DNA of 61,800 nt, filler included, from Nemertoderma westbladi (Eukaryota > Animalia > Xenacoelomorpha): the NCBI GenBank assembly GCA_032718475.1. It is 3 parts of 3 records of this genome, joined end to end, with 100 filler letters (N's around TTAATTAATTAA, not from the genome) between each part and the next. Parts side by side here need not be neighbours in the genome. Positions count along the whole stretch, not along the records: positions 1 to 24,092 come from JAUCBJ010000007.1; positions 24,193 to 54,341 come from JAUCBJ010007797.1; 1 more part is not named here. One strand, 5' to 3'. The translations under genes were made by a program, and so were the position numbers. The notes below the pieces were generated by a model. That model saw only the letters and a list, made by a program, of their open reading frames with translations. It was not told where the DNA came from and did no database searches. Position 1 is the first letter of the stretch. The number at the start of each line of letters is the position of its first letter. Below, piece after piece: positions 22,139 to 35,000 of the stretch.

Positions 22139-23965
22139 TTATGTGGTGGGGCGCCCGTAGCCCCCCCCCCCCCACTCGCCACATCTAACTTCACTATCTC
22201 TTACTTTACTACTACACCCCTCTCTAGTCGACACACTGTCTCTACTACGGCTGGGTCTATTCACCCCCGCCTCTCTCTCTACTACTGCGTGGCCTATCAG
22301 GCCCACCTCGGGTTGGCTCAACCCCGCTACCTCCTGCCTACTAACTACGTGGCCTACCAGGCCCCCGTCGGGGTTTCTCGCCCCTGCCACTCTCTGCGAA
22401 CTAACTGCGTGGCCTGCCAGGCCCCCATCGGGGTTATGCACGTCCGACATGCTCATATTAATAGCACCATTCCCAATATTATTTGTTAAATCAATTAAAT
22501 TGTTAGAATTTGAAACGGGATTATTATTTAAATTATTTAAATTAGAATTATTATTATTTTCAAAATTTAAATTATTATTCGAATTATTTGAATTATTCTG
22601 AATATTTGAATTAATGTTATTATTTGAATTTAAATTTAAATTACTACTACCAGGTAAAATATTATTTCCTGTAATAAAGGGATTAGGGTTATCTAATACG
22701 GTACTGTTAACATTAATTACTTCTAACGTACTATTACTACCCCCCCCGCCCGTACGGTTACTATGCGCACTGTACGTGTACCGCATGCTCTGTTCCTTTT
22801 CCTCTCGCTCTGTGCTTATAAGTGGGGTCTCACTCTCTGATATTTCCAACCGCGCCAGTTCTAGTCGGCGCTGCTTTAGTTTGGCCCGATATAGCCCAAG
22901 CCCCCCCAGCCGGACACGCAAACCACCCAGCTCACATTCTTTCTCTATCTCTCTCTCTCTGCACACTCGCAAATCTCGCTCGGCCGTCTCTCTCGCAAGC
23001 ACCTCAGACCGCCTCGCCGGCTCGCTCTCTATTCTCCTCTCCCGATCTCTATGCTCCTCGGCCTTCTCTCTATCCTCCCTTATCAACTCTGATAATGCGG
23101 TTTCCTCCCTCAGTCGCCCCTCCAACTGTTTCCGCTCTGCCGCCGCCATTTTTAATTTATACTCTAGATTTTTTCTCCGCACCCTTCTTTCTTTTTCGGA
23201 GGATGTAGCAGACTTATCGGTTGCGACGGATTCCCTCCGCCTTCCCGTCCTACTAACTTTCCCCCGCCTCCCAGAACTTCCTCCGACCGACGAGGCCGAA
23301 TCCTTGGGGTTAGCCTCGGATTCGCCCTCCTGTGGTCTCCTCCAACCCACTAATTTTACTCCCCGGGCATCGACTAAGTATGGCCCTATGTACACTACGC
23401 TAGGTTCCATACCCCCACATTCCCATAGTTCAAACAGTTCGTTGGCAACTCCCCTCGCCCTCTCCTCGGCTAGTTCTCCCTGCCCAGAATGCAATAGGTA
23501 ATCAAAGTATCTGTTCGACTCACCTAGTCGTCTCCTCAGCTTCACCTGGTCTATCTCAGCCCCTCCTCTAGCTTCCTTCAGTTGCTCCCGGGTCGCGGCG
23601 TAGGCCCGTCGAAGTCGATCAGAAACCCCGACGTCCTCGTCGCCGACCTCTCCTCCATCTCTCCGGGTCCGACGTCGTACCGGCGGCCCCACCATCGCCG
23701 TTCCGGTGGGCCGTCCGTCGCCCTCGGTCTGTGGCTGACCGGCGACATCGGTACGTCGACCCTCGCTCCGCGTCGACTCGTCTTTCTCCCTTTCGACTCC
23801 CGACTCGTCCTCTCTTTGTAGACGGCCCCCCTCATCTTGGATCGCCAGATGGCCCGTTATCGATGGGTCCAGCGTCGTGGGTTGATGCCGTCTCGCCGTG
23901 GCCTCGCGGATCGTTAGATCGTCGTCCGGGGTCCGCGGCGGTGTTGCTTCTCCTCCTCTACTCAT
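22139..23965 (-). CDS. LTR-element ORF A, copy 2
   Basis: Open frame 24031-22139, first ATG 23965 (MSRGG); aligns along its length to 7310-9286 with in-frame indels. Confidence 0.6.
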   Translation of the reverse strand: MSRGGEATPPRTPDDDLTIREATARRHQPTTLDPSITGHLAIQDEGGRLQREDESGVEREKDESTRSEGRRTDVAGQPQTEGDGRPTGTAMVGPPVRRRTRRDGGEVGDEDVGVSDRLRRAYAATREQLKEARGGAEIDQVKLRRRLGESNRYFDYLLHSGQGELAEERARGVANELFELWECGGMEPSVVYIGPYLVDARGVKLVGWRRPQEGESEANPKDSASSVGGSSGRRGKVSRTGRRRESVATDKSATSSEKERRVRRKNLEYKLKMAAAERKQLEGRLREETALSELIREDREKAEEHRDRERRIESEPARRSEVLARETAERDLRVCREREIEKECELGGLRVRLGGLGLYRAKLKQRRLELARLEISESETPLISTEREEKEQSMRYTYSAHSNRTGGGGSNSTLEVINVNSTVLDNPNPFITGNNILPGSSNLNLNSNNNINSNIQNNSNNSNNNLNFENNNNSNLNNLNNNPVSNSNNLIDLTNNIGNGAINMSMSDVHNPDGGLAGHAVSSQRVAGARNPDGGLVGHVVSRQEVAGLSQPEVGLIGHAVVEREAGVNRPSRSRDSVSTREGCSSKVRDSEVRCGEWGGGGYGRPTT

Positions 23966-24022
23966 CTTGTCTTCTTTGGTGGCTGGCAGCCACAGTCTGT
24001 CAGGGCAGTTGGTTGGATCTAG

Positions 24023-24031
24023 TTCTATCAC
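24023..24031 (-). promoter_or_regulatory. Primer-binding site of copy 2, self-complementary to the LTR
   Basis: + strand TTCTATCAC abuts the LTR and is the reverse complement of GTGATAGAA at 15674-15682 / 18186-18194. Confidence 0.75.
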
Positions 24032-24092
24032 TGTGACGGGATCTACGGATCCCGGTTTATCCGTTTGGGTATTCTATCTACGCGTCCCCGCC

Positions 24093-24192
24093 NNNNNNNN
24101 NNNNNNNNNNNNNNNNNNNNNNNNNNNNNNNNNNNNTTAATTAATTAANNNNNNNNNNNNNNNNNNNNNNNNNNNNNNNNNNNNNNNNNNNN
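24093..24192. other. Assembly gap with TTAATTAATTAA stop linker
   Basis: 44 N + 12-mer + 44 N, same format as 54342-54441. Confidence 0.97.
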
Positions 24193-26970
24193 CAAAGCAT
24201 CCCCCATCTGTAAACAGTACCAAAGTATTTTAAATTTGTTTGGTTTAAAACAAATTATTCGAGATTCTACCAGAATTACCAGTAAAACTTCTACTTTACT
24301 AGATCACATCCTTTGTAATAATACCGATATTATTTCTCAATCTGGGGTTTTACCTATAGGTCTAAGCGATCATTTTATAGTTTTTTGCACAAGAAAGACA
24401 CAAAAATCTTTTTTCGGGGATCATAAAACAGTAACAGTTAGGTCTATGAAAAATTACAGCAAGGAACGCTTTTTAAGTTTGTTAGTTAATTCTGACTGGG
24501 AACCCTGTTTTAAGGCCGCTGACATTAACCTTGCGTACACTGTTTTTAAAGATATATTTTTAAAGGCACTTAATACTGTAGCACCAATTAAAGAAATTAG
24601 TCTTAAACAACGCACTGAGCCCTGGATGACCTCGGGTATTCTTAGTAATATCAGAGAAAGAGATAACTATTTGTATAAATTTAGGAAATACCGTGTTTTA
24701 GCTGATTATAATAATTACTGCAAATATAGAAACCTTGTCCAACGGGAAATAAAAAAAGCTAAATCTGAATATTTGTACAACAAAATAAGTGAGAATAAAG
24801 ATAATCCTAAAAGTCTATGGTCTACCCTAAAATCTTTAGGTTATAAAAACCTTAAATCTAAATCGAATATTGTTCTGCAAGATAACGGTGAGCTGATTCA
24901 TGATCATACTCTAGTTAGTAATTTATTTAATAATTATTTTACTAATGTTGCCTCTAATTTAGTTAAGAGGTTACCGTTATCAAGTAATAAATATAGTATA
25001 GGGTCCGAAACTCTAAATAATTTTTATTTAGAAAAGTTACAAAATTCAGAAAAGTTATTTTTAAAACCCGTTTCTGAGGATTTCGTTTTTAAAAATCTAC
25101 TTGGCCTATCAGCCTCAAAAAGTACCGGTCTAGACCTAATACCTGCCCGTTTTCTTAAGGATGGTGCTGAAGTACTTAAAGTGCCTATTACTTTTATTAT
25201 TAATTACTCTATCGTAGATAATGTAGTACCAGACGAACTGAAATTAGCTAAGGTTGTTCCTCTGTATAAAAAGAATAGTAAAGTAGAACCCTGGAATTAC
25301 AGACCTGTTAGTATCTTAAGTATTGTATCTAAAATTCTAGAACGTTCTGTTTTTCTACAGCTGGAGGCACATCTTAGTAGGCTAAATCTGATCTATGAAC
25401 TTCAGTCCGGTTTTCGTAAATCATATTCTACAGACACCTGCCTTATTAACTTAACTGATACAATTAGATGTAATAACGCAAAGGGTTTATATACTGGTAT
25501 GGTAATGTTGGACCTACAAAAGGCTTTCGATACTGTAGATCACGAAATTCTGCTTGGTAAGTTAGGCCTGATGGGTGTAGGTTCTATAGACTGGTTCAAG
25601 TCCTACCTGTCAGACAGAGGTCAAACTGTAGTCATTAGCAAATCGCTGTCTACTGTACAAGAGATTACCTGTGGTGTACCGCAAGGTAGTATATTAGGTC
25701 CTCTGCTTTTTGTATGCTATGTAAATGATATGATAAGTAGTATAGATCCCGATTTTAAACTCATTTTATATGCCGACGACAGTGCTCTTATTTTCTCTCA
25801 TAAAGATCCTATCCATATTTCCCAAAAGTTAAGTGCAGTTCTAGAATCCTGTAATGAGTGGTTGGATGATAATAAGCTATCCATTCACTACGGTAAAACT
25901 GAAAGTATTTTGTTTGGTTCCAAAAGAAAGTTAAAGAAGGTAACTAAGTTTGAAGTCACTAGTAATGGACATAAGATTGAAAATAAAAAGGAAGTTAAAT
26001 ATTTAGGCGCCACATTGGATAACTGCTTATCAGGAGAAAGTACAGTGAAAAATATTTTCTCGAAAGTTAACAGTAGGCTTAGGTTTCTATACAGAAATAA
26101 AAATAGTTTGAACACCGACTCCCGCAAGTTACTTTGCTCTTCTTTAATACAGTGTCACATGGACTATGCGTGCTCTTCTTGGTATGAAGGCTTAACCAAA
26201 CAGCTTAAATGTAAATTACAAGTAGCTCAGAATAAAGTAGTACGATTTATTAAAGACTACAAACCTAGGCACCACCTAACTCCAGATGACTTTTCTGAAT
26301 CTGGACTACTTAACTTAGATAGTAGAGTTAAGCAGCTACGCCTTAACCATGTGCATAAAGTGTATAATGGTAAATGTCCCAATTACCTAAAACAAAAATT
26401 CAACAGAGTACGCGATACACACTCTTACAGTACCAGAGCTAGTGCTTCAAACTTCTACCTCCCGAATTGTAAATCCTTTGAATCTGATACTTTCTTTTTT
26501 AACGGCATAAAAAATTGGAACGCTCTGCCTAATGAAATTAAAAACCTAAATAATCAACATTCTTTTAAATCTGCAGTTAAATCTCACCTCCGTGTGCAAT
26601 GTAAAAATAGGTACAATAGTCCTACAGTAAGTTATTAGTTTATTAATTATTTACTATTTATACTGTAATTACGTTTTATAATAAATTGTTCTGTACATTA
26701 CATCTTTATCGTTGAGTCGGGCATTGTCACGCTCTCGGTAAAGTTGTACATGTACATAGTGTAATTACGTTTTATATTGGTTTTAGGTTAGCGTAGTGTA
26801 ATATTGTATTTGTAACCAAGTAACATAAAGGACCCCCTTGGAAATAAGCTGCAAAGCTTTAGGGGTAATCCTATATGTTATGTTGGACAATACCTTTATA
26901 CCGGTACATTGTTTGGTGTATTTGTTATTGTTTTTACATAATGTATAAATAAATCTATCTATCTATCTAT
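24193..26970 (+). mobile_element. L2/Crack-group LINE with 3' UTR, stem-loop, AATAAA and (TCTA)n tail
   Basis: GGACCCCCTTGGAAATAAG...TTTAGGGGTAATCC at ~26830-26871, AATAAA 26948-26953, (TCTA)4 at 26954-26969. Confidence 0.8.
24194..26638 (+). CDS. L2/Crack-group LINE ORF2 (APE C-terminus + reverse transcriptase), 5' end lost in the gap
   Basis: LLDHILCN...[16 protein letters not shown]...[61 protein letters not shown]; frame is open back to the gap. Confidence 0.92.
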   Translation, partial: KASPICKQYQSILNLFGLKQIIRDSTRITSKTSTLLDHILCNNTDIISQSGVLPIGLSDHFIVFCTRKTQKSFFGDHKTVTVRSMKNYSKERFLSLLVNSDWEPCFKAADINLAYTVFKDIFLKALNTVAPIKEISLKQRTEPWMTSGILSNIRERDNYLYKFRKYRVLADYNNYCKYRNLVQREIKKAKSEYLYNKISENKDNPKSLWSTLKSLGYKNLKSKSNIVLQDNGELIHDHTLVSNLFNNYFTNVASNLVKRLPLSSNKYSIGSETLNNFYLEKLQNSEKLFLKPVSEDFVFKNLLGLSASKSTGLDLIPARFLKDGAEVLKVPITFIINYSIVDNVVPDELKLAKVVPLYKKNSKVEPWNYRPVSILSIVSKILERSVFLQLEAHLSRLNLIYELQSGFRKSYSTDTCLINLTDTIRCNNAKGLYTGMVMLDLQKAFDTVDHEILLGKLGLMGVGSIDWFKSYLSDRGQTVVISKSLSTVQEITCGVPQGSILGPLLFVCYVNDMISSIDPDFKLILYADDSALIFSHKDPIHISQKLSAVLESCNEWLDDNKLSIHYGKTESILFGSKRKLKKVTKFEVTSNGHKIENKKEVKYLGATLDNCLSGESTVKNIFSKVNSRLRFLYRNKNSLNTDSRKLLCSSLIQCHMDYACSSWYEGLTKQLKCKLQVAQNKVVRFIKDYKPRHHLTPDDFSESGLLNLDSRVKQLRLNHVHKVYNGKCPNYLKQKFNRVRDTHSYSTRASASNFYLPNCKSFESDTFFFNGIKNWNALPNEIKNLNNQHSFKSAVKSHLRVQCKNRYNSPTVSY

Positions 26971-27407
26971 AGGCCCAGATTACTAGAAGGGTAGATAGAT
27001 AGAATCACGGGGTTAATTAAGGCAAGGCCCAGATTACTAGAAGGGTAGATAGATAGAATCACGGGGTTAATTAAGGCAAGGACCAGATTACTAGAAGGGT
27101 AGATAGATAGAATCACGGGGTTAATTAAGGCAAGGACCAGATTACTAGAAGGGTAGATAGATAGAATCACGGGGTTAATTAAGGCAAGGCCAGATTACTA
27201 GAAGGGTAGATAGATAGAATCACGGGGGTTAATTAAGGCAAGGACCAGATTACTAGAAGGGTAGATAGATAGAATCACGGGGTTAATTAAGGCAAGGCCC
27301 AGATTACTAGAAGGGTAGATAGATAGAATCACGAGGTTAATTAAGGCAAGGCCCAGATTACTAGAAGGGTAGATAGATAGAATCACGGGGTTAATTAAGG
27401 CAGGACC
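26971..27407. repeat. 54-bp minisatellite, ~8 copies
   Basis: AGGCCCAGATTACTAGAAGGGTAGATAGATAGAATCACGGGGTTAATTAAGGCA repeats at 26971, 27025 and onward. Confidence 0.95.
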
Positions 27408-28552
27408 ATAATAAGGCATGAATAAGGTTGTTAATTAAGGCAAGTAAGATAAATAGGTGACTGAAGATTGATTTCAACAGCTGTTAGTTATTTGTATATT
27501 AATCACGTTTGGTAATGAGCGTCTGTCTAGATTAATTTATTATTATATATTATTAAAGTACTTTTTAGGTTTTTTTGAGCTACCATGAAAAATAATGAGA
27601 ATAAAAAGTTAGTAAATTTCCGAATTTATTTTGCCTCTGCGTTTTTTGAGGCTTTTTGATCGCTCTCTTAGCCACAGGACTACTTTTTTTTACTTGTTTT
27701 TTAATGTAGGAAAATAACCTCACGGTTATTTTTCTTAGAGCACCATATAGTCAATTGCGCCGTAAATAATAACTTAATTAATTTGTTAAAATCACAAATT
27801 GATTTTTAAAAAGTAGAAGTACGTAAGTTAAAAACATGGTAACACAAATTAAATCATGAATCGAATTTAACAATGTATGTAGGCCATTTTTACTTAGTTT
27901 TTGTGCCCATGCAAAGTCTATAATATTTTAAAGGGTATGAAATAATCATTTTTCTGCTATTTCTAAGTATACGTTTCCAAAATTATTTATTATGAATAAT
28001 CTAAATGATATGTTATCATAAATAATAATATTATTTTGTAATTGTTTCATTGTATGTTGTACGTATAATAATAAATATTGTCCGCTTACTTTAATGACAA
28101 TACATTTATTCGAATAAAATTCTATCCTTAAAACATCTTTATGAATTTTCCACTACTAGTCCGAGCGAGCTCGACAGATATCTTTTAATAGGCCTTAAAG
28201 CAAAAGGCCCAGATAATTAAAGGTTAAAGGTAATGTGTTGTTGGGTGAATCTGTTTAATATTCAGCGTGGATCTCATAAGTTGGTAGATTATATATTTTA
28301 CTGTCATTACTCATTAATGTGTGATTCCCATTTACCCCGCCTGGGGGTGTATATATATATATATTATAAGTTGATAGATTGATACGTTTTGGAAAGGAGA
28401 CCATCTTTCGATCACACTCCTATTAGCCCATATTAGTATATATATATATTAATATGCCCCCCCCCCACCCCAACTTATATGTACTATATATTCTACTATA
28501 TCTACTATATATTTCTATAAGCCCCCCCCCCCCCCCCCCCACCCAACCTTAC

Positions 28553-28716
28553 CTCGTCGCACAGACCATACTGAGCATTGTCACGACAGAGTTCTATACC
28601 GGGCCGACACGTTCTGTTCTCTAATCGGGTCATTGCGAGTTTCAACGGATTATTTTTAGCTCGAATCGCCTCCTCTAATTTCTGAATATCGTCTTCCATT
28701 TCTTTGATTTCCTTCT
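28553..28716 (-). CDS. TEKT2: Tektin-2 coding exon 6
   Basis: AG/GT borders, phase 1 to 0; KEIKEMEDDIQKLEEAIRAKNNPLKLAMTRLENRTCRPGIELCRDNAQYGLCDE contains the tektin RPxxELCRD signature. Confidence 0.93.
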
Positions 28717-28879
28717 CTAGAAAATGCAGGCAATCGGTGTATTGATATATATTTACAAAAGAAGACGCCTGTTTGTATGTTTATATGTCTCCCACTTACG
28801 TAGCGGTAGTGTGGGGCGAGCCACGAAGTCAAGGTTGCTCTTTGCTTAGCGGTGCAATTAGTGGAAAGTCTGTCGACGT

Positions 28880-29072
28880 CGTTGTTGAAATGTTTGAACG
28901 CCAATAACAGTATATGTTAGGTCAAATATTGATAAATGGAAATAAACTTGGTACAGTACATACACATAATGTTGTCTATCAAAATATTATAAATTCTTCT
29001 ACAAACAGACATTCTTCAATAATTCTTCTGTCGGCTGTTAGGGGGCGAATTGTAAGAAATCGAGAAGTAGCT
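28880..29072 (+). repeat. Dispersed repeat fragment (inverted homologue at ~54607-54770)
   Basis: Shared blocks TTTGAACG, ATGGAA..AAACTTGGTA, TTCTACAAACAGAC, TAGGGGGCGAATTG..AGAAA..AAGTAGCT in opposite orientations. Confidence 0.75.
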
Positions 29073-29090
29073 ATAACATCTAGCATAGCA

Positions 29091-32000
29091 GCTTCTGTTG
29101 TTCAACTCTATCATCTTTCCCCTTCTATCAGCTACCAACCTGTGGCTTCTGTTGCTCAACTATATTATCTTACTGCCTTCTATCAGCTACCAACCTGTGG
29201 CTTCTGTTGTTCAACTCTATTATCTTACTGCCTTCTATCAGCCACCAACCTGTGGCTTCTGTTGTTCAACTCTATTATCTTTCCCCTTCTATCAGCCACC
29301 AACCTGTGGCTTCTGTTGTTCAACTCTATTATCTTTCCCCTTCTATCAGCTACCAACCTGTGGCTTCTGTTGCTCAACTATATTATCTTACTGCCTTCTA
29401 TCAGCTACCAACCTGTGGCTTCTGTTGCTCAACTCTATTATCTTACTGCCTTCTATCAGCTACCAACCTGTGGCTTCTGTTGTTCAACTCTATTATCTTA
29501 CTGCCTTCTATCAGCCACCAACCTGTGGCTTCTGTTGTTCAACTCTATTATCTTACTGCCTTCTATCAGCCACCAACCTGTGGCTTCTGTTGTTCAACTC
29601 TATTATCTTTCCCCTTCTATCAGCCACCAACCTGTGGCTTCTGTTGTTCAACTCTATTATCTTTCCCCTTCTATCAGCTACCAACCTGTGGCTTCTGTTG
29701 CTCAACTATATTATCTTACTGCCTTCTATCAGCTACCAACCTGTGGCTTCTGTTGCTCAACTCTATTATCTTACTGCCTTCTATCAGCTACCAACCTGTG
29801 GCTTCTGTTGTTCAACTCTATTATCTTACTGCCTTCTATCAGCCACCAACCTGTGGCTTCTGTTGTTCAACTCTATTATCTTACTGCCTTCTATCAGCCA
29901 CCAACCTGTGGCTTCTGTTGTTCAACTCTATTATCTTTCCCCTTCTATCAGCCACCAACCTGTGGCTTCTGTTGTTCAACTCTATCATCTTTCCCCTTCT
30001 ATCAGCTACCAACCTGTGGCTTATGTTGTTCAACTCTATCATCTTTCCCCTTCTTATCAGCTACCAACCTGTGGCTTCTGTTGCTCAACTCTATTATCTT
30101 ACTGCCTTCTATCAGCTACCAACCTGTGGCTTCTGTTGCTCAACTCTATTATCTTACTGCCTTCTATCAGCTACCAACCTGTGGCTTCTGTTGTTCAACT
30201 CTATTATCTTACTGCCTTCTATCAGCCGCCAACCTGTGGCTTCTGTTGCTCAACTCTATTATCTTACTGCCTTCTATCAGCTACCAACCTGTGGCTTCTG
30301 TTGCTCAACTCTATTATCTTACTGCCTTCTATCAGCCACCAACCTGTGGCTTCTGTTGTTCAACTCTATTATCTTACTGCCTTCTATCAGCCACCAACCT
30401 GTGGCTTCTGTTGTTCAACTCTATCATCTTTCCCCTTCTATCAGCTACCAACCTGTGGCTTCTGTTGTTCAACTCTATCATCTTTCCCCTTCTATCAGCT
30501 ACCAACCTGTGGCTTCTGTTGTTCAACTCTATTATCTTACTGCCTTCTATCAGCTACCAACCTGGGGCTTCTGTTGTTCAACTCTATTATCTTACTGCCT
30601 TCTATCAGCCACCAACCTGTGGCTTCTGTTGTTCAACTCTATTATCTTTCCCCTTCTATCAGCCACCAACCTGTGGCTTCTGTTGTTCAACTCTATCATC
30701 TTTCCCCTTCTATCAGCCACCAACCTGTGGCTTCTGTTGTTCAATTATCGTACTGCCTTCTATCAGCCACCAACCTGTGGCTTCTGTTGCTCAACTCTAT
30801 TATCTTACTGCCTTCTATCAGCCACCAACCTGTGGCTTCTGTTGTTCAACTCTATTATCTTACTGCCTTCTATCAGTCACCAACCTGTGGCTTCTGTTGT
30901 TCAACTCTATTATCTTTCCCCTTCTATCAGCCACCAACCTGTGGCTTCTGTTGTTCAACTCTATTATCTTACTGCCTTCTATCAGCCACCAACCTGTGGC
31001 TTCTGTTGCTCAACTCTATTATCTTACTGCCTTCTATCAGCTACCAACCTGTGGCCTCTGTTGCTCAACTCTATTATCTTACTGCCTTCTATCAGCCACC
31101 AACCTGTGGCTTCTGTTGCTCAACTCTATTATCTTTCCCCTTCTATCAGCTACCAACCTGTGGCTTCTGTTGCTCAACTCTATTATCTTACTGCCTTCTA
31201 TCAGCCACCAACCTGTGGCTTCTGTTGCTCAACTCTATTATCTTTCCCCTTCTATCAGCCACCAACCTGTGGCTTCTGTTGCTCAACTCTATTATCTTAC
31301 TGCCTTCTATCAGCTATATTATCTTACTGCCTTCTATCAGCCACCAACCTGTGGCTTCTGTTGTTCAACTCTATTATCTTACTGCCTTCTATCAGCCACC
31401 AACCTGTGGCTTATGTTGCTCAACTCTATCATCTTTCCCCTTCTATCAGCTACCAACCTGTGGCTTCTGTTGCTCAACTCTATTATCTTACTGCCTTCTA
31501 TCAGCTACCAACCTGTGGCCTCTGTTGCTCAACTCTATTATCTTACTGCCTTCTATCAGCCACCAACCTGTGGCTTCTGTTGCTCAACTCTATTATCTTT
31601 CCCCTTCTATCAGCCACCAACCTGTGGCTTCTGTTGCTCAACTCTATTATCTTACTGCCTTCTATCAGCTATATTATCTTACTGCCTTCTATCAGCCACC
31701 AACCTGTTGCTTCTGTTGTTCAACTCTATTATCTTACTGCCTTCTATCAGCCACCAACCTGTGGCTTCTGTTGTTCAACTCTATTATCTTACTGCCTTCT
31801 ATCAGCCACCAACCGGTGGCTTCTGTTGTTCAACTCTATTATCTTTCCCCTTCTATCAGCCACCAACCTGTGGCTTCTGTTGTTCAACTCTATTATCTTA
31901 CTGCCTTCTATCAGCCACCAACCTGTGGCTTCTGTTGCTCAACTCTATTATCTTACTGCCTTCTATCAGCTACCAACCTGTGGCCTCTGTTGCTCAACTC

Positions 32001-35000
32001 TATTATCTTACTGCCTTCTATCAGCCACCAACCTGTGGCTTCTGTTGCTCAACTCTATTATCTTTCCCCTTCTATCAGCTACCAACCTGTGGCTTCTGTT
32101 GCTCAACTCTATTATCTTACTGCCTTCTATCAGCCACCAACCTGTGGCTTCTGTTGTTCAACTCTATCATCTTTCCCCTTCTATCAGCTACCAACCTGTG
32201 GCTTCTGTTGTTCAACTCTATTATCTTACTGCCTTCTATCAGCTACCAACCTGGGGCTTCTGTTGTTCAACTCTATTATCTTACTGCCTTCTATCAGCCA
32301 CCAACCTGTGGCTTCTGTTGTTCAACTCTATTATCTTTCCCCTTCTATCAGCCACCAACCTGTGGCTTCTGTTGTTCAACTCTATCATCTTTCCCCTTCT
32401 ATCAGCCACCAACCTGTGGCTTCTGTTGTTCAACTCTATTATCTTACTGCCTTCTATCAGCCACCAACCTGTGGCTTCTGTTGCTCAACTCTATTATCTT
32501 ACTGCCTTCTATCAGCCACCAACCTGTGGCTTCTGTTGTTCAACTCTATTATCTTACTGCCTTCTATCAGCCACCAACCTGTGGCTTCTGTTGTTCAACT
32601 CTATTATCTTTCCCCTTCTATCAGCCACCAACCTGTGGCTTCTGTTGTTCAACTCTATTATCTTACTGCCTTCTATCAGCCACCAACCTGTGGCTTCTGT
32701 TGCTCAACTCTATTATCTTACTGCCTTCTATCAGCTACCAACCTGTGGCCTCTGTTGCTCAACTCTATTATCTTACTGCCTTCTATCAGCCACCAACATG
32801 TGGCTTCTGTTGCTCAACTCTATTATCTTTCCCCTTCTATCAGCTACCAACCTGTGGCTTCTGTTGCTCAACTCTATTATCTTACTGCCTTCTATCAGCC
32901 ACCAACCTGTGGCTTCTGTTGCTCAACTCTATTATCTTTCCCCTTCTATCAGCCACCAACCTGTGGCTTCTGTTGCTCAACTCTATTATCTTACTGCCTT
33001 CTATCAGCTATATTATCTTACTACCTTCTATCAGCCACCAACCTGTGGCTTCTGTTGTTCAACTCTATTATCTTACTGCCTTCTATCAGCCACCAACCTG
33101 TGGCTTATGTTGCTCAACTCTATCATCTTTCCCCTTCTATCAGCTACCAACCTGTGGCTTCTGTTGCTCAACTCTATTATCTTACTGCCTTCTATCAGCT
33201 ACCAACCTGTGGCCTCTGTTGCTCAACTCTATTATCTTACTGCCTTCTATCAGCCACCAACCTGTGGCTTCTGTTGCTCAACTCTATTATCTTTCCCCTT
33301 CTATCAGCCACCAACCTGTGGCTTCTGTTGCTCAACTCTATTATCTTACTGCCTTCTATCAGCTATATTATCTTACTGCCTTCTATCAGCCACCAACCTG
33401 TGGCTTCTGTTGTTCAACTCTATTATCTTACTGCCTTCTATCAGCCACCAACCTGTGGCTTCTGTTGTTCAACTCTATTATCTTACTGCCTTCTATCAGC
33501 CACCAACATGTGGCTGCTGTTGTTCAACTCTATTATCTTACTGCCTTCTATCAGCCACCAACCTGTGGCTTCTGTTGCTCAACTCTATTATCTTACTGCC
33601 TTCTATCAGCTACCAACCTGTGGCTTCTGTTGTTCAACTCTATTATCTTTCCCCTTCTATCAGCCACCAACATGTGGCTTCTGTTGTTCAACTCTATTAT
33701 CTTACTGCCTTCTATCAGCCACCAACCTGTGGCTTCTGTTGTTCAACTCTATTATATTTCCCCTTCTATCAGCCACCAACCTGTGGCTTCTGTTGTTCAA
33801 CTCTATTATATTTCCCCTTCTATCAGCCACCAACCTGTGGCTTCTGTTGCTCAACTCTATTATCTTTCCCCTTCTATCAGCCACCAACCTGTGGCTTCTG
33901 TTGTTCAACTCTATTATCTTACTGCCTTCTATCAGCCACCAACCTGTGGCTTCTGTTGCTCAACTCTATTATCTTACTGCCTTCTATCAGCTACCAACCT
34001 GTGGCTTCTGTTGTTCAACTCTATTATCTTTCCCCTTCTATCAGCCACCAACCTGTGGCTTATGTTGCTCAACTCTATTATCTTACTGCCTTCTATCAGC
34101 CACCAACCTGTGGCTTCTGTTGTTCAACTCTATTATCTTTCCCCTTCTATCAGCCACCAACCTGTGGCTTATGTTGCTCAACTCTATTATCTTTCCCCTT
34201 CTATCAGCCACCAACCTGTGGCTTCTGTTGTTCAACTCTATTATATTTCCCCTTCTATCAGCCACCAACCTGTGGCTTCTGTTGTTCAACTCTATTATCT
34301 TACTGCCTTCTATCAGCCACCTACCTGTGGCTTCTGTTGTTCAACTCTATTATATTTCCCCTTCTATCAGCCACCAACCTGTGGCTTCTGTTGTTCAACT
34401 CTATTATCTTACTGCCTTCTATCAGCTACCAACCTGTGGCTTCTGTTGTTCAACTCTATTATATTTCCCCTTCTATCAGCAACCAACCTGTGGCTTCTGT
34501 TGTTCAACTCTATCATCTTTCCCATTCTATCAGCCACCAACCTGTGGCTTCTGTTGCTCAACTCTATTATCTTACTGCCTTCTATCAGCCACCAACCTGT
34601 GGCTTCTGTTGTTCAACTCTATTATATTTCCCCTTCTATCAGCCACCAACCTGTGGCTTCTGTTGTTCAACTCTATCATCTTTCCCCTTCTATCAGCCAC
34701 CAACCTGTGGCTTCTGTTGCTCAACTCTATTATCTTACTGCCTTCTATCAGCCACCAACCTGTGGCTTCTGTTGTTCAACTCTATTATATTTCCCCTTCT
34801 ATCAGCCACCAACCTGTGGCTTCTGTTGTTCAACTCTATTATCTTTCCCCTTCTATCAGCCACCAACCTGTGGCTTCTGTTGCTCAACTCTATTATCTTA
34901 CTGCCTTCTATCAGCCACCAACCTGTGGCTTCTGTTGTTCAACTCTATTATCTTTCCCCTTCTATCAGCCACCAACCTGTGGCTTCTGTTGTTCAACTCT

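Larger units (their letters stand above)
15473..24092 (-). mobile_element. Non-autonomous LTR retrotransposon copy 2 (3' LTR 15473-18525 interrupted by RTE; 5' LTR from 24032 cut by the gap)
   Basis: Two direct LTR copies starting TGTGACGGGATCTACGGATCCCGG (15473, 24032), PPT 18526-18534, internal region colinear with copy 1. Confidence 0.9.

Noticed and set aside
24137-24148. TTAATTAATTAA inside N runs (also 54386-54397)
   Set aside because: Artificial six-frame stop linker in scaffold gaps.
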